DNA of 59,864 nucleotides from Syntrophales bacterium (GCA_030655775.1 JAUSPI010000186.1:1-59864); one strand, 5' to 3'; numbered from the stretch's first letter, positions 34,338-44,367 are shown. The notes: generated from the sequence alone by a model not told the origin. Numbers and translations are program-made.

Positions 34338-35228
34338 TTAAAATAGATACCTCCCGGGATTTACAGGAACACCATTAAGAAAAACGCTATAATGAAGATG
34401 CGGACCCGTGCTTCGCCCGGAGTTACCGATATAACCTATAACATCGCCCCTCTTAACTCTTTTCCCTTTTTTGACAGCAACTTTCATGAGATGACCATAG
34501 TAGGTAGTTATCCCATTCCTGTGATTTATTTTTACCGTATTTCCCATACCAGGTTCTCTATACGCATCCACCACAATACCGTCAGCCGGCGCTACTACCT
34601 CTTTTCCCACTTTCGCCGCAATGTCTATCCCTCTATGAAACTCTCTCTTTCCGGTAAACGCAGAAATTCTATACCCGAACTCCGAAGTCACCCAACCCAT
34701 AACCGGCCAGATAGATGGGGTAGAAGCAAGTATGGATTTCTGTTTCTCCAAAAATTCTAATAATTCTTTAAAACTCTTTTCCCGGGATGTGGCATCTTCC
34801 AGAAGTTTGTCGATGTTCTTGCGAATATTTCCGATAAGAATCTCCTGAGATCCTGTATTGTTTTCCTCAGGTATCGGTCCACCCACTCCAAGGATCTGAT
34901 CATTATCAGTACCTCTCTCAAGATTGGTCATAATCCTTATTTTCTTATCAAATCGCTGGAGATCCGCCATTTTCCTGTCAAATTCGTCGATCTTGCCGAC
35001 CAATAAATCGATCTGTTCCCTCTGAACCATAGTCAACCGCTTCAAACCGGCAAGTTCACCTTCTTTTCTTTTGATCATGATATAATCGTATGAAAAATAT
35101 GCGGCAGAGAGAAAAACAGCAATAACTAAAAAGGAGATAAATTTGACAAAAAAGCCTGAGATATTTACTTTCTTAACCGAACTTTTCTTCCGGGGTATAA
35201 TAAGGAGGGTATAATCATTTTCTGCCAT
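34338..35228 (-). CDS. M23 family (LytM-type) metallopeptidase with N-terminal TM and coiled coil
   Basis: HRGIDIAA ... GNSGRSTGPHLHY motifs. Start set at MAENDY (35228), preceded by an AAGGAG SD. Confidence 0.88.
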   Translation of the reverse strand: MAENDYTLLIIPRKKSSVKKVNISGFFVKFISFLVIAVFLSAAYFSYDYIMIKRKEGELAGLKRLTMVQREQIDLLVGKIDEFDRKMADLQRFDKKIRIMTNLERGTDNDQILGVGGPIPEENNTGSQEILIGNIRKNIDKLLEDATSREKSFKELLEFLEKQKSILASTPSIWPVMGWVTSEFGYRISAFTGKREFHRGIDIAAKVGKEVVAPADGIVVDAYREPGMGNTVKINHRNGITTYYGHLMKVAVKKGKRVKRGDVIGYIGNSGRSTGPHLHYSVFLNGVPVNPGRYLF

Positions 35229-35493
35229 TTCAGCTCCTTTAAATAAAGGTAGACAAAATAATTGATTAAAATTAACATAAAAATCCCAAAAGTCAAGTAC
35301 AGATTGCAACCCTGATTCACCATCAAAATCGGAGAACCCTTGAGAAACATAGGTTTATAATGTTTTATTTGTAGTACTCAGGTGCAAGCAAAATTACTGC
35401 AAGACCTTATTACTAAAGGAATTCGTAAAATTAGGCGGTGGATTTTGGGCAAGCTCGATTATGTAAAATTTTTTAGTATAGTGAATTTGTATC

Positions 35494-36882
35494 ATGAAGA
35501 GAAACTTTCTTTTAATTAATCCCTGGATATACGACTTTGCCGCTTATGATTTCTGGATAAAACCGCTCGGTCTTCTCTACATAGCCGGTTTACTGAGAAA
35601 AAACGGACATGACGTCCATCTCATCGACTGTCTGAATCCGGCACATCCGGAAATGAAGCATGAGGCCCATATCAAACCACCGAAGAGAAAACCCTGTGGC
35701 AATGGCAAGTACCCAAAGGAAAGCATCCCGAGGCCTGAACCGCTTACAGACATACCAAAAAGGTATAACAGATACGGCATAACCCCTCAAATTTTCATAA
35801 AAGAACTTCTCAAAACAAGAAGGCCCGACCTGATATTTATCACCTCTATGATGACTTACTGGTATCCCGGAGTTTTTGAGGCAATACATATCATACGTGA
35901 AACCCTTCCAGGCATACCGATAGTTCTGGGGGGAAACTATGTTACTCTCTGTCCGTCACATGCATCTGAAAATTCGGGCGCAGACTTTACAGTAACCGGC
36001 GAAGGCGAAAGGAGTATTCCCGCTCTCTTGAAGGATATTTTCGGTGACGATCCCCAGTTCACTGTAGATGTAAATGACCTCGATTCCTACCCCTACCCCG
36101 CCTTTGATCTTATGCCGGATAAAAACCAGGTCCCCATTCTTACCTCAAAGGGATGCCCTTACAGGTGCACCTACTGTGCGTCCCATATTCTGAACAGCGG
36201 CTTCAGGAAAAGAGATCCAATCAAGGTTGTCGACGAAATAGAGCACTGGAATAAACACTATGGCATCACAAACTTCTCTTTTTATGATGACGCACTTCTT
36301 GTCGGTTCTGATGAAAGAGCCATCACTATGTTAAAAGAGATAGCAAAGAGGAAGTTAATGTGCAGTTTTCATTGTCCCAATGGTCTCCACCTTAGAGAAA
36401 TTACTGAGGAAATTAGCAATCTGATGTTCCGTACAGGATTTAAAACGATCCGTTTTGGTCTTGAGACTTCAAGTGTAAAAAGGCAGATGGAGACGGGTGG
36501 AAAGATCACCAATGAAGAATTGAGGAATGCAGTAATTCACCTCAAAAGAGCGGGTTATCGGTTCAGTGACATCGGAATATATGTTCTCTGCGGATTACCG
36601 GGGCAGACCGCTTCCGAAGTACGTGAAAGTATCAACCTTGTCAAATCATGCGGGGCAAGGCCGATTATAGCGGAATTTTCTCCTATCCCTGGAATTCTTA
36701 TCTGGGAAGAATCGGTGAAGGAATCGCCTTACAATATCAGTGAAGAACCCCTTTACCATAACAATTCCATTCTCCCATGTCAGGGGGAAAAATTAACTTA
36801 TGAAATGTACAGGGAATTGAAGGTACTCGCCAGGACTTCTCCGAAAAAAGAGGGGTCAGCCCTTGACATTGGACAAAGATAG
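35494..36882 (+). CDS. B12-binding-domain radical SAM protein
   Basis: 462 aa with an N-terminal Rossmann-like B12-binding region and the CPYRCTYC radical SAM cluster motif. Confidence 0.85.
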   Translation: MKRNFLLINPWIYDFAAYDFWIKPLGLLYIAGLLRKNGHDVHLIDCLNPAHPEMKHEAHIKPPKRKPCGNGKYPKESIPRPEPLTDIPKRYNRYGITPQIFIKELLKTRRPDLIFITSMMTYWYPGVFEAIHIIRETLPGIPIVLGGNYVTLCPSHASENSGADFTVTGEGERSIPALLKDIFGDDPQFTVDVNDLDSYPYPAFDLMPDKNQVPILTSKGCPYRCTYCASHILNSGFRKRDPIKVVDEIEHWNKHYGITNFSFYDDALLVGSDERAITMLKEIAKRKLMCSFHCPNGLHLREITEEISNLMFRTGFKTIRFGLETSSVKRQMETGGKITNEELRNAVIHLKRAGYRFSDIGIYVLCGLPGQTASEVRESINLVKSCGARPIIAEFSPIPGILIWEESVKESPYNISEEPLYHNNSILPCQGEKLTYEMYRELKVLARTSPKKEGSALDIGQR

Positions 36883-36941
36883 AAATCATAGATTGTCTTA
36901 ACCCTCAGCGGGCAATTTGTCCAATGTCAAGGGCTGACCCC
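36852..36941. terminator. 26-bp perfect inverted repeat between convergent radical-SAM and pyk genes
   Basis: ggggtcagcccttgacattggacaaa (36852-36877) / tttgtccaatgtcaagggctgacccc (36916-36941). The left arm encodes the last ~9 codons of the radical SAM ORF. Confidence 0.5.
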
Positions 36942-36992
36942 AAACTCCCCCAAACTCCCGGTAGCCTATTTCTCTGGGGCGAAATCTGTGGA

Positions 36993-38408
36993 TTAAAGTC
37001 TTTTTACCCGAACCATATTGGTGGTTCCAGCTACCCATACCGGGTGCCCTGCCGTTATGATCACTAAATCGCCTTTTGACACATAACCCGTCTTAAGGGC
37101 AGCTATAGCGGCCTTCTCAATCATATCGTCCGTATCCCTGAGGTCCGTCACCAGACGGGGAAGACATCCCCAGAAAAGGGCGAGCCGCCGCACCGTCAGC
37201 AGGTTAGGTGAAAGTGCAATAATAGATTTCCTGGGTCTGAATCTGGAGATATGTTCGGCCGTCTTGCCCGACTGAGTTGGCGCTACAATGGCAGAGGCAT
37301 CAAGGTGGTCCATTAAATCGCAGGAAGCGTGAGCGACAGAATCTGAAATATCCTTTTCCGGTATCAGCCGTAAATATCGATCATGAGGGTAGTTCTTCTC
37401 TGCGCTCTCAATGATGCGAGCCATAAACCCAACGGCCTCCACAGGATATCTTCCCATGGCTGTTTCCTCGGAAAGCATGACTGCATCGGTCCCATCGAGG
37501 ACCGCATTGGCCACGTCTGTGGCCTCAGCTCTTGTAGGCCGGGGAGAAGAAACCATCGACCCGAGCATCTGGGTTGCGGTTATAACCGGTTTACCCAGAG
37601 TATTTGCACGCTGAATCAGCATTTTCTGAATGCCGGGCACTTGCTCAAGAGGGATTTCCACGCCAAGGTCACCGCGCGCCACCATAACACCATCAGAAGC
37701 TTCCATAATCTCTTCAATATTCTTGATAGCTTCATGTTTTTCAATCTTCGCAATGACCGGCGTATCCTTCCCCTCCCCTTGAATGATTTTTTTAACCTTC
37801 AGGATGTCGCCCACAGTCCTGACAAAGGATAGGGCCACATAATCGACCCCGTTTCTCAAGCCAAAAAGAAGGTCTTTATGGTCCTTGTCAGTAATGGAAG
37901 GAGTTCGAATTGTCCCCGCCGGTAAATTAATCCCTTTATGAGAGGTAAGGACGCCCCCTGTAATTACCTCACATTCGACCTCGGAGTCCCTCACGCCTAC
38001 AACCTTCAGTTCCATAAAACCGTCGGCAAGTAATATCGTGTCCCCCTTCTTCACTGCTTCGCACAGGTCCGGACAGGATACTGATACCCTTTCACTCGTA
38101 CCTTCTATGTTCTGTGTGGTCAAGATAAAGGTCTCTCCCGCCTCAAGCCTCACCCCGGGGTCCGGAATATCTCCTACCCTTATCTTTGTCCCTGCAAGGT
38201 CCTGTAATATGGCAACGGGTCTGCCAAGCTCATCGGAAACATTTCTGATAGTATGAATTTTTTTCCCATGCCCGCTCAAGCTTCCATGAGAAAAGTTTAG
38301 CCTGGCTACACTCATGCCATTTTGAATTAATTTCCGAATGACTTCCGGCGATTCACTGGCCGGACCGATAGTACAGACAATCTTGGTCTTTGGAATAGAT
38401 TTGCTCAT
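36993..38408 (-). CDS. pyk: pyruvate kinase
   Basis: KTKIVCTIGPAS N-terminus, colinear with Pyk. Start set at MSKSIP (38408). Confidence 0.93.
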   Translation of the reverse strand: MSKSIPKTKIVCTIGPASESPEVIRKLIQNGMSVARLNFSHGSLSGHGKKIHTIRNVSDELGRPVAILQDLAGTKIRVGDIPDPGVRLEAGETFILTTQNIEGTSERVSVSCPDLCEAVKKGDTILLADGFMELKVVGVRDSEVECEVITGGVLTSHKGINLPAGTIRTPSITDKDHKDLLFGLRNGVDYVALSFVRTVGDILKVKKIIQGEGKDTPVIAKIEKHEAIKNIEEIMEASDGVMVARGDLGVEIPLEQVPGIQKMLIQRANTLGKPVITATQMLGSMVSSPRPTRAEATDVANAVLDGTDAVMLSEETAMGRYPVEAVGFMARIIESAEKNYPHDRYLRLIPEKDISDSVAHASCDLMDHLDASAIVAPTQSGKTAEHISRFRPRKSIIALSPNLLTVRRLALFWGCLPRLVTDLRDTDDMIEKAAIAALKTGYVSKGDLVIITAGHPVWVAGTTNMVRVKRL

Positions 38409-38617
38409 CTCACACCCTCCCCAAAAAAGAGTATAGGAAACTGAAATGTAAGTGTCAATATTTAACTCTTGCACGATACGGGCAAACCGATTAACATGAC
38501 GAGAGTTTTAAAAATATGATTCTTCGCTGCTCAAAACTTTCGCTCTCAGAATCATATTACCAAAGCTATACGCAACTTTACGAGAGCTTTTTCAAGAGTC
38601 TCAGGTGGTCAACGACA

Positions 38618-38854
38618 ATGTACTGGTGGGGAAAACAGATTTTAACGGGAGCACTCTCATTATTTTTTCTTCTGTTTGGTATTGATCTCCTCATTTCATC
38701 TTACCATTTAAAAAACCCTCACCAATTTATTATCTGTTTTTTTGCATCAAACTTGATAATCATGATAAGCGCTGTCGGAGTGCTCTACCCTGCTATAAGA
38801 ATATTTGCCCGCTTAAGAACAAAAAATGTAGACGAAGGCAATGACAATATTTAA
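38618..38854 (+). CDS. small two-TM membrane protein (hypothetical)
   Basis: MYWWGKQILTGALSLFFLLFGIDLLI... An AGGTGG SD lies 9 nt upstream. Its end overlaps the M16 gene start. Confidence 0.4.
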   Translation: MYWWGKQILTGALSLFFLLFGIDLLISSYHLKNPHQFIICFFASNLIIMISAVGVLYPAIRIFARLRTKNVDEGNDNI

Positions 38855-40355
38855 ACAGACAAATAGTAACAAGCCGGTTTTATTCATGCTTGTTATCTTA
38901 ATATCTTTAAGTTTAACGGCAACGGCATCCGGCTATGACCTCGAAAAGAGTGTCAGGGAATTTTCCCTCGAAAACGGCCTGAAGGTTCTGATGCTTGAAA
39001 GACATCTCGCCCCGACGGTCTCGCTCTACATAAGGCACAAAGCAGGCGCCGTTGATGAAATAAGCGGCCGAACAGGCACCGCCCATCTCCTGGAACACAT
39101 GATGTTTAAGGGGACAACGACTATCGGAACAAAGAACTTCAAAGAGGAGAAAAAGGTCCTCGATGAGATAACAGCATTAGGAAATGCCTTTGACAGCGAA
39201 AGGTTGAAGGGGGACACCGCCGACAAAAAAAAGCTGGAAAAATTGAAACAGCAATTAGAGATTTTACAGAAAAGGGGAAAGAAATGGATTGCGGGAAACG
39301 AAATCGGCAGACTCTACACGGAAAATGGAGGAGTTAACCTGAACGCCTCCACCGGCCAAGATCTTACAACCTATTACGTAAGCCTCCCTTCCAACAAGCT
39401 CGAACTCTGGGCAAGGATAGAATCTGACAGGATGACAAACCCAGTCCTCAGGGAATTCTACACCGAGCGGGATGTGGTCATAGAAGAGAGGAAACAGACC
39501 ACCGAATCCATCCCTGCCAGATTGCTTATGGAACAGTTTCTTGCCTCGGCCTTCACGGCACACCCATACAGGAGACCTGTCATTGGCTGGGCTTCGGATA
39601 TGCAATTTTTGAACATCAATTACACAAAGGAGTTTTTCAGATATTACTACGCCCCAAATAACACTGTAATCGCCATAGTTGGAGACATATTGCCTGATGT
39701 AACCATTAATATTATAAAAAAATATTTCGGTCCAATACCGGGCAGGAAGCTTCCCCCTTCGCACATAACAGAAGAACCCAGGCAGAAAGGGGAGAGGAGA
39801 ATTGAACTGGCATACGATGCGAATCCCCGCATTACAATAGGGTATCACAAGCCTACATTACCCTCCCTCGATGATTATGTCTTTGATGTCATCGATTCGA
39901 TCCTTTCAGGTGGAAGGACATCAAGACTCTTCAAGGTACTTGTCGAGGAGAAAGGTATAGCCGAAAGCGCCAACACGGCAAACGGCATTCCGGGTGCACG
40001 GTTTCCGAATCTGTTTACAATATTTGCGACACCGAGATATCCCCATACGACCGCTGAACTGGAGGATGCCATCTACAAAGAGCTCGAAAAACTGAAAAGG
40101 GAACCGGTGACCAAAAGGGAGCTTGAAAAGATAAAAAACCAACTGAAGGCAAATGTTATAAGGGACCTCAATTCAAACTCGGGACTTGCCGGCAGGTTGT
40201 CATATTTTGAAGCAATCGCTGGTGATTTTCGATATATAACCCGTCATATCAAGATCATAGAAAAAATTACCTCTGAGGATATCATGAGAACGGCAAAAAA
40301 ATACCTGATTCGTGATAATCGGACGGTTGCCGTGTTAAAAAGGAAGAAGCAGTGA
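38841..40355 (+). CDS. M16 family (pitrilysin-like) zinc peptidase, active subunit
   Basis: 504 aa with a signal peptide and the inverted zinc motif HLLEH. Confidence 0.88.
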   Translation: MTIFKQTNSNKPVLFMLVILISLSLTATASGYDLEKSVREFSLENGLKVLMLERHLAPTVSLYIRHKAGAVDEISGRTGTAHLLEHMMFKGTTTIGTKNFKEEKKVLDEITALGNAFDSERLKGDTADKKKLEKLKQQLEILQKRGKKWIAGNEIGRLYTENGGVNLNASTGQDLTTYYVSLPSNKLELWARIESDRMTNPVLREFYTERDVVIEERKQTTESIPARLLMEQFLASAFTAHPYRRPVIGWASDMQFLNINYTKEFFRYYYAPNNTVIAIVGDILPDVTINIIKKYFGPIPGRKLPPSHITEEPRQKGERRIELAYDANPRITIGYHKPTLPSLDDYVFDVIDSILSGGRTSRLFKVLVEEKGIAESANTANGIPGARFPNLFTIFATPRYPHTTAELEDAIYKELEKLKREPVTKRELEKIKNQLKANVIRDLNSNSGLAGRLSYFEAIAGDFRYITRHIKIIEKITSEDIMRTAKKYLIRDNRTVAVLKRKKQ

Positions 40356-41842
40356 AAAAAACATGCCGCATAATGAAAATAATCCCCCCTAAGGGGGGAC
40401 GGGGGGATTATCAGATAAAGAAAACCTGTTTTTTATCTGTATTAATATTCTTTACCATACTCATTTCAGGCATCTGTTCAGCTGAACCTACTCCACCCAT
40501 AAATCCAGATGATATAAAATACCCACCGCTGACATTTGCGCCGCCAGAGGCCGAAAGGGTGGAGCTTAAAAATGGCATAATCCTTTACATTCTTGAAGAT
40601 CGCGAGATTCCCCTCATCAATATATCGGCAGTTATCAGAACCGGTTCCATTTACGACCCGCAAGGAAAAGAGGGGGTCGCCGAAATCACAGGAGATGTGA
40701 TGAGAACAGGCGGAACTAAAAAAAGAACAGGCGGTGAAATTGACGAAGAGCTTGAATACTTTGCCGGCACAATTGGTATTTCAACCGATATGGAGTCAGC
40801 ATCAGCCACTCTTTCCGTACTCCAAAAAGACCTCGATGAGGGACTCGACATTTTCGCCGACATCATCATGAATCCAATCTTTGATGATAAAAAACTCAAG
40901 ACGGCAAAAGATTTGAAGATCGAAGCTTTAAGAAGAATACTGGACGAGCCTCAAAAGGTGGCGTTCAGGGAATTTAAAAGACTAATATACGGGGGAAACA
41001 CCAGGGGAAGATTGCCCTCCATGGAATCAGTCAAAAAAATTACAAGAGACGATCTGGTTAAATTTCACGGTAAATTCTATTATCCGGGAAATATAATGAT
41101 GGCCGTAGTTGGCGATATAACCAGAGATGAGGCGGTATCAAAGATAAATTCATTTTTCGGGGCATGGGATAAAAAGGGAAAGACTAAAGAGATACCTCCC
41201 CCACAATTAAAACAAGATAAATCAATCAATTACGTATATAAAAATGTTCCCCAATCAATCATTATCATAGGGCACCTGACACCCGGCAGGAATAATCCTG
41301 ATTTTTACCCATTTACGGTCCTCGATTTTATCCTTGGCAGTGGAGGCTTCCGATCACGCATTATCCATGAGGTAAGAAACAATTTAGGCCTTGCCTACAG
41401 CACCGGAAGTTTTTACAATGGGAGGAGCGAATATGGGGTTTTCGGTGCCTATGCCATAACAAAATCCTCCTCTACTGCAGAGGTTTTATCCCTTATCATG
41501 TCAATCATTAATGATGTCAGAAACAACCGTGTGGCTGAAAGCGAACTCCTATGGGCAAAAAAATCCATTAATAACAACTTTATCTTTACCTTTGACTCCA
41601 CGGATCAAATAGCAATTCAGCAGATGATGATCAGATATAATAATCTGCCTGAGGATTTTCTGAAAACATACACGGCTAAAATAGAAAAAGTAACTTTTAA
41701 AGATTTGAAAAGGGTTGCAAAAAAATACCTTTCCCGCGACCAGTCAACCATAATTGTCGTTGGAAATGAAAAAGATTTTGATAAACCACTTTCCACTTTT
41801 GGAAATGTATACAAAATAGGGGGCAGCCACAATGGACACTAA
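40352..41842 (+). CDS. M16 family peptidase, non-catalytic partner subunit
   Basis: 496 aa with M16 fold colinearity but no HxxEH. GTGA overlap with the upstream gene. Confidence 0.85.
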   Translation: MKKTCRIMKIIPPKGGRGDYQIKKTCFLSVLIFFTILISGICSAEPTPPINPDDIKYPPLTFAPPEAERVELKNGIILYILEDREIPLINISAVIRTGSIYDPQGKEGVAEITGDVMRTGGTKKRTGGEIDEELEYFAGTIGISTDMESASATLSVLQKDLDEGLDIFADIIMNPIFDDKKLKTAKDLKIEALRRILDEPQKVAFREFKRLIYGGNTRGRLPSMESVKKITRDDLVKFHGKFYYPGNIMMAVVGDITRDEAVSKINSFFGAWDKKGKTKEIPPPQLKQDKSINYVYKNVPQSIIIIGHLTPGRNNPDFYPFTVLDFILGSGGFRSRIIHEVRNNLGLAYSTGSFYNGRSEYGVFGAYAITKSSSTAEVLSLIMSIINDVRNNRVAESELLWAKKSINNNFIFTFDSTDQIAIQQMMIRYNNLPEDFLKTYTAKIEKVTFKDLKRVAKKYLSRDQSTIIVVGNEKDFDKPLSTFGNVYKIGGSHNGH

Positions 41843-43070
41843 GGTTTTTAAGCGGATAGCAAACAGAATAGATTCTTACAAAGATGATATGATCCGGATG
41901 CAGATTGAGCTTACCGCTATTCCGGCCATTGCTCCTGATAATGGGGGGAATGGAGAATATGAGAAGGCAAAGTTTCTCATCAGCAGTCTCAATGGTCTTG
42001 GCTTCAGCAATATCAGGGAATACAATGCCCCAGATGTCAGGGTTTCATCGGGTATTCGTCCCAATATTATCACCACCATACCCGGAAAAAATCGGGGAAA
42101 AACAGTCTGGATACTGACCCATATTGACATTGTTCCTCCGGGGGAAATCAATCTCTGGGAATCAGATCCTTATAAGGGATATGTTAAAGATGGAAGAATA
42201 TTCGGCAGGGGAACAGAAGATAATCAGCAGGATCTGGTAGCGTCATTATTTGCAGCCAGGGCTTTTATTGACGAGGGTATAACCCCTGAAAATGAGATAG
42301 GATTGGCTTTCGTGGCCGATGAAGAAACCGCCAGCAAATTCGGTCTCGAACATCTGCTTAAAAACGAAAAGGGTATCTTCAAGAAAACCGATATAATTGT
42401 GGTTCCGGATTTTGGGAGTAAAGAAGGAAACATGATAGAGGTAGCCGAAAAAAGTATACTCTGGCTTCGCTTTAAAACAACAGGTAAGCAGTGCCATGCA
42501 AGCAGGCCATCTTTTGGAAAAAACGCCTTTTCGGCAGCATCCCATCTTGTTGTAAGGCTAACTGACCTCCACAATATCTTTAATAAATCAGATCATCTTT
42601 ATCAGCCTTCGACAAGCACCTTTGAACCAACCAGAAAAGATGCCAATGTACCAAATATTAATACGATCCCGGGTGAGGATGTTTTCTATATAGACAGCAG
42701 GATCCTCCCAGAGTACAAATTAAAGGATATAATATCCGAAACGAGAACGATGGCTGATGAAATAGAGGAAAAGTTCGGGGTATCAATCGAAATTACCGCC
42801 GTTCAGCAAGCACAGGCTTCTCCTCCAACTGTCCATGATGCACCTGTTGTAACCTCCCTTCAAAAGGCCGTTTCTTATGTATACGGAGTTGATGCCTATC
42901 CTGTAGGAATAGGTGGTGGAACTGTCGCAGCTTTTTTTCGCAAGGAAGATTTTCCCGTAGCTGTATGGTCAAGATTAGGGCAGACTGCACATCAACCGAA
43001 TGAAAACTGCCTGATTTCAAATATGATCGGAAATGCAAAAGTATATGCGCATCTGTTTCTTCAGGAATAA
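41832..43070 (+). CDS. M20 family metallohydrolase (ArgE/DapE-like)
   Basis: 412 aa with THIDIVPPG and GRGTEDNQQ motifs typical of M20. Overlaps the upstream stop. Confidence 0.85.
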   Translation: MDTKVFKRIANRIDSYKDDMIRMQIELTAIPAIAPDNGGNGEYEKAKFLISSLNGLGFSNIREYNAPDVRVSSGIRPNIITTIPGKNRGKTVWILTHIDIVPPGEINLWESDPYKGYVKDGRIFGRGTEDNQQDLVASLFAARAFIDEGITPENEIGLAFVADEETASKFGLEHLLKNEKGIFKKTDIIVVPDFGSKEGNMIEVAEKSILWLRFKTTGKQCHASRPSFGKNAFSAASHLVVRLTDLHNIFNKSDHLYQPSTSTFEPTRKDANVPNINTIPGEDVFYIDSRILPEYKLKDIISETRTMADEIEEKFGVSIEITAVQQAQASPPTVHDAPVVTSLQKAVSYVYGVDAYPVGIGGGTVAAFFRKEDFPVAVWSRLGQTAHQPNENCLISNMIGNAKVYAHLFLQE

Positions 43071-43071
43071 C

Positions 43072-43357
43072 TTCCGAGTTCAAAGTTCAAAGTTCAAAGT
43101 TCAGAGTTCAGAGTTCAGAGTTTAAAGCCCGAAACTCGGAACTCAAAACCCGAAGGATGAAAATGGGGTTGCAATCAGAATTTGACAGTGGTAGCATTCC
43201 AACTATTAAAACTCACATGGCCTTTCGGCCACAACGAAGTATGGAAGTTATATCGCAGTTTACGGTGAACTGGTGACCGACAACCGTCGACTTTGAACTC
43301 GGAACTCGGAACTTTGAACTCGGAACTTTGAACTCGGAACTTTGAACTCGGAACTTT
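43072..43357. repeat. Family G palindrome, copy G2: tandem heptads/14-mers flanking a 130-nt unique core
   Basis: Left arm ttccgagttcaaag(ttcaaag)x2(ttcagag)x3tttaaag. Right arm four ctttgaactcggaa 14-mers (43291-43353) with one extra ctcggaa heptad after the first. Core is 43157-43286. Confidence 0.8.
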
Positions 43358-43368
43358 AATGTAGAAGG

Positions 43369-44367
43369 TTGGAATTTTTGAAATCACAGCCTGAAGACAA
43401 CTCAGTTAAAAAGCTGAGTTTCCCGGATAATGCTGCAATTAAAGTACTGCTCGGGGAACGCGATAAAAACATAAAGCTAATAGAAGGATTAGAAAGTGTA
43501 AAACTTCACGTCAGAGGGAATAATGTCTCAATATCTGGAGATGTTATAGGAGTTAGTATAATTGAAAAACTCCTTGTTCAGCTTTACTCCCTCATCAAAA
43601 AAGGATACCCCGTATATAACTCCGATATCGACTATGCCCACAGAATACTTTCCGAAAACAGTTCAATAAACATTGAGAAAATCTTTTTAGATACTGTCTT
43701 CATATCAGCGAACAAAAGGGTTATTTCTCCTAAAAGTATTGCCCAGAAGCTTTACATTGACTCCATGAGAAAATATGACATGGTCTTCAGTATCGGTCCC
43801 GCGGGAACGGGTAAAACTTATTTAGCCATGGCCATGGCCGTTGCGCTACTTCTTGAAAAGAAGATTAACCGTATCGTACTGACAAGACCAGCGTTGGAGG
43901 CCGGTGAAAAACTCGGTTTTCTTCCGGGTGATCTTGCAGAAAAGGTGAATCCATATCTCAGGCCACTCTACGATGCGCTCTATGACATGGTGGATTTTGA
44001 TAGGGCATCAACTCTGATAAATAAGGGAATAATAGAGGTCGCACCCCTTGCCTTCATGAGGGGAAGAACCCTGAATGAATCCTTTATAATTCTGGACGAG
44101 GCACAAAATACGACCCCGGAACAGATGAAGATGTTTTTGACCAGAATGGGTTTTGGCTCGAAGGTCGTGATAACCGGAGACGTAACTCAAACAGATCTTC
44201 CACCTGATAAGATATCGGGATTAATACAAGTTGAAAGAATTTTGAAAAAAACAGAAAATATTAAATTTGTTTACTTCTCGGAGGTTGATGTAGCCAGGCA
44301 TTCTCTTGTCCAGGATATCATACGCGCTTATAACAACCTGGATCGAAGCAAAGGGGAATTCAAGTGA
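43369..44367 (+). CDS. phoH: PhoH-like ATPase
   Basis: GPAGTGKTYLAMA Walker A. TTG start at 43369, and an alternative TTG at 43378 has better SD spacing. Confidence 0.9.
   Translation: MEFLKSQPEDNSVKKLSFPDNAAIKVLLGERDKNIKLIEGLESVKLHVRGNNVSISGDVIGVSIIEKLLVQLYSLIKKGYPVYNSDIDYAHRILSENSSINIEKIFLDTVFISANKRVISPKSIAQKLYIDSMRKYDMVFSIGPAGTGKTYLAMAMAVALLLEKKINRIVLTRPALEAGEKLGFLPGDLAEKVNPYLRPLYDALYDMVDFDRASTLINKGIIEVAPLAFMRGRTLNESFIILDEAQNTTPEQMKMFLTRMGFGSKVVITGDVTQTDLPPDKISGLIQVERILKKTENIKFVYFSEVDVARHSLVQDIIRAYNNLDRSKGEFK

Noticed and set aside
43291-43357. Tandem ctttgaactcggaa repeats as a possible CRISPR array
   Set aside because: The units are 14 nt long and directly abutting, with no spacers. 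They pair with complementary heptads on the other side of a core, and no cas genes are in the window.
43175-43387. 70-aa minus-strand ORF with the repetitive peptide SSKFRVQSSEFKVPSSEFKV
   Set aside because: It is simply the translation of the family G tandem 14-mers and crosses into the unique core. There is no SD, and the repetitiveness is explained by the DNA repeat.
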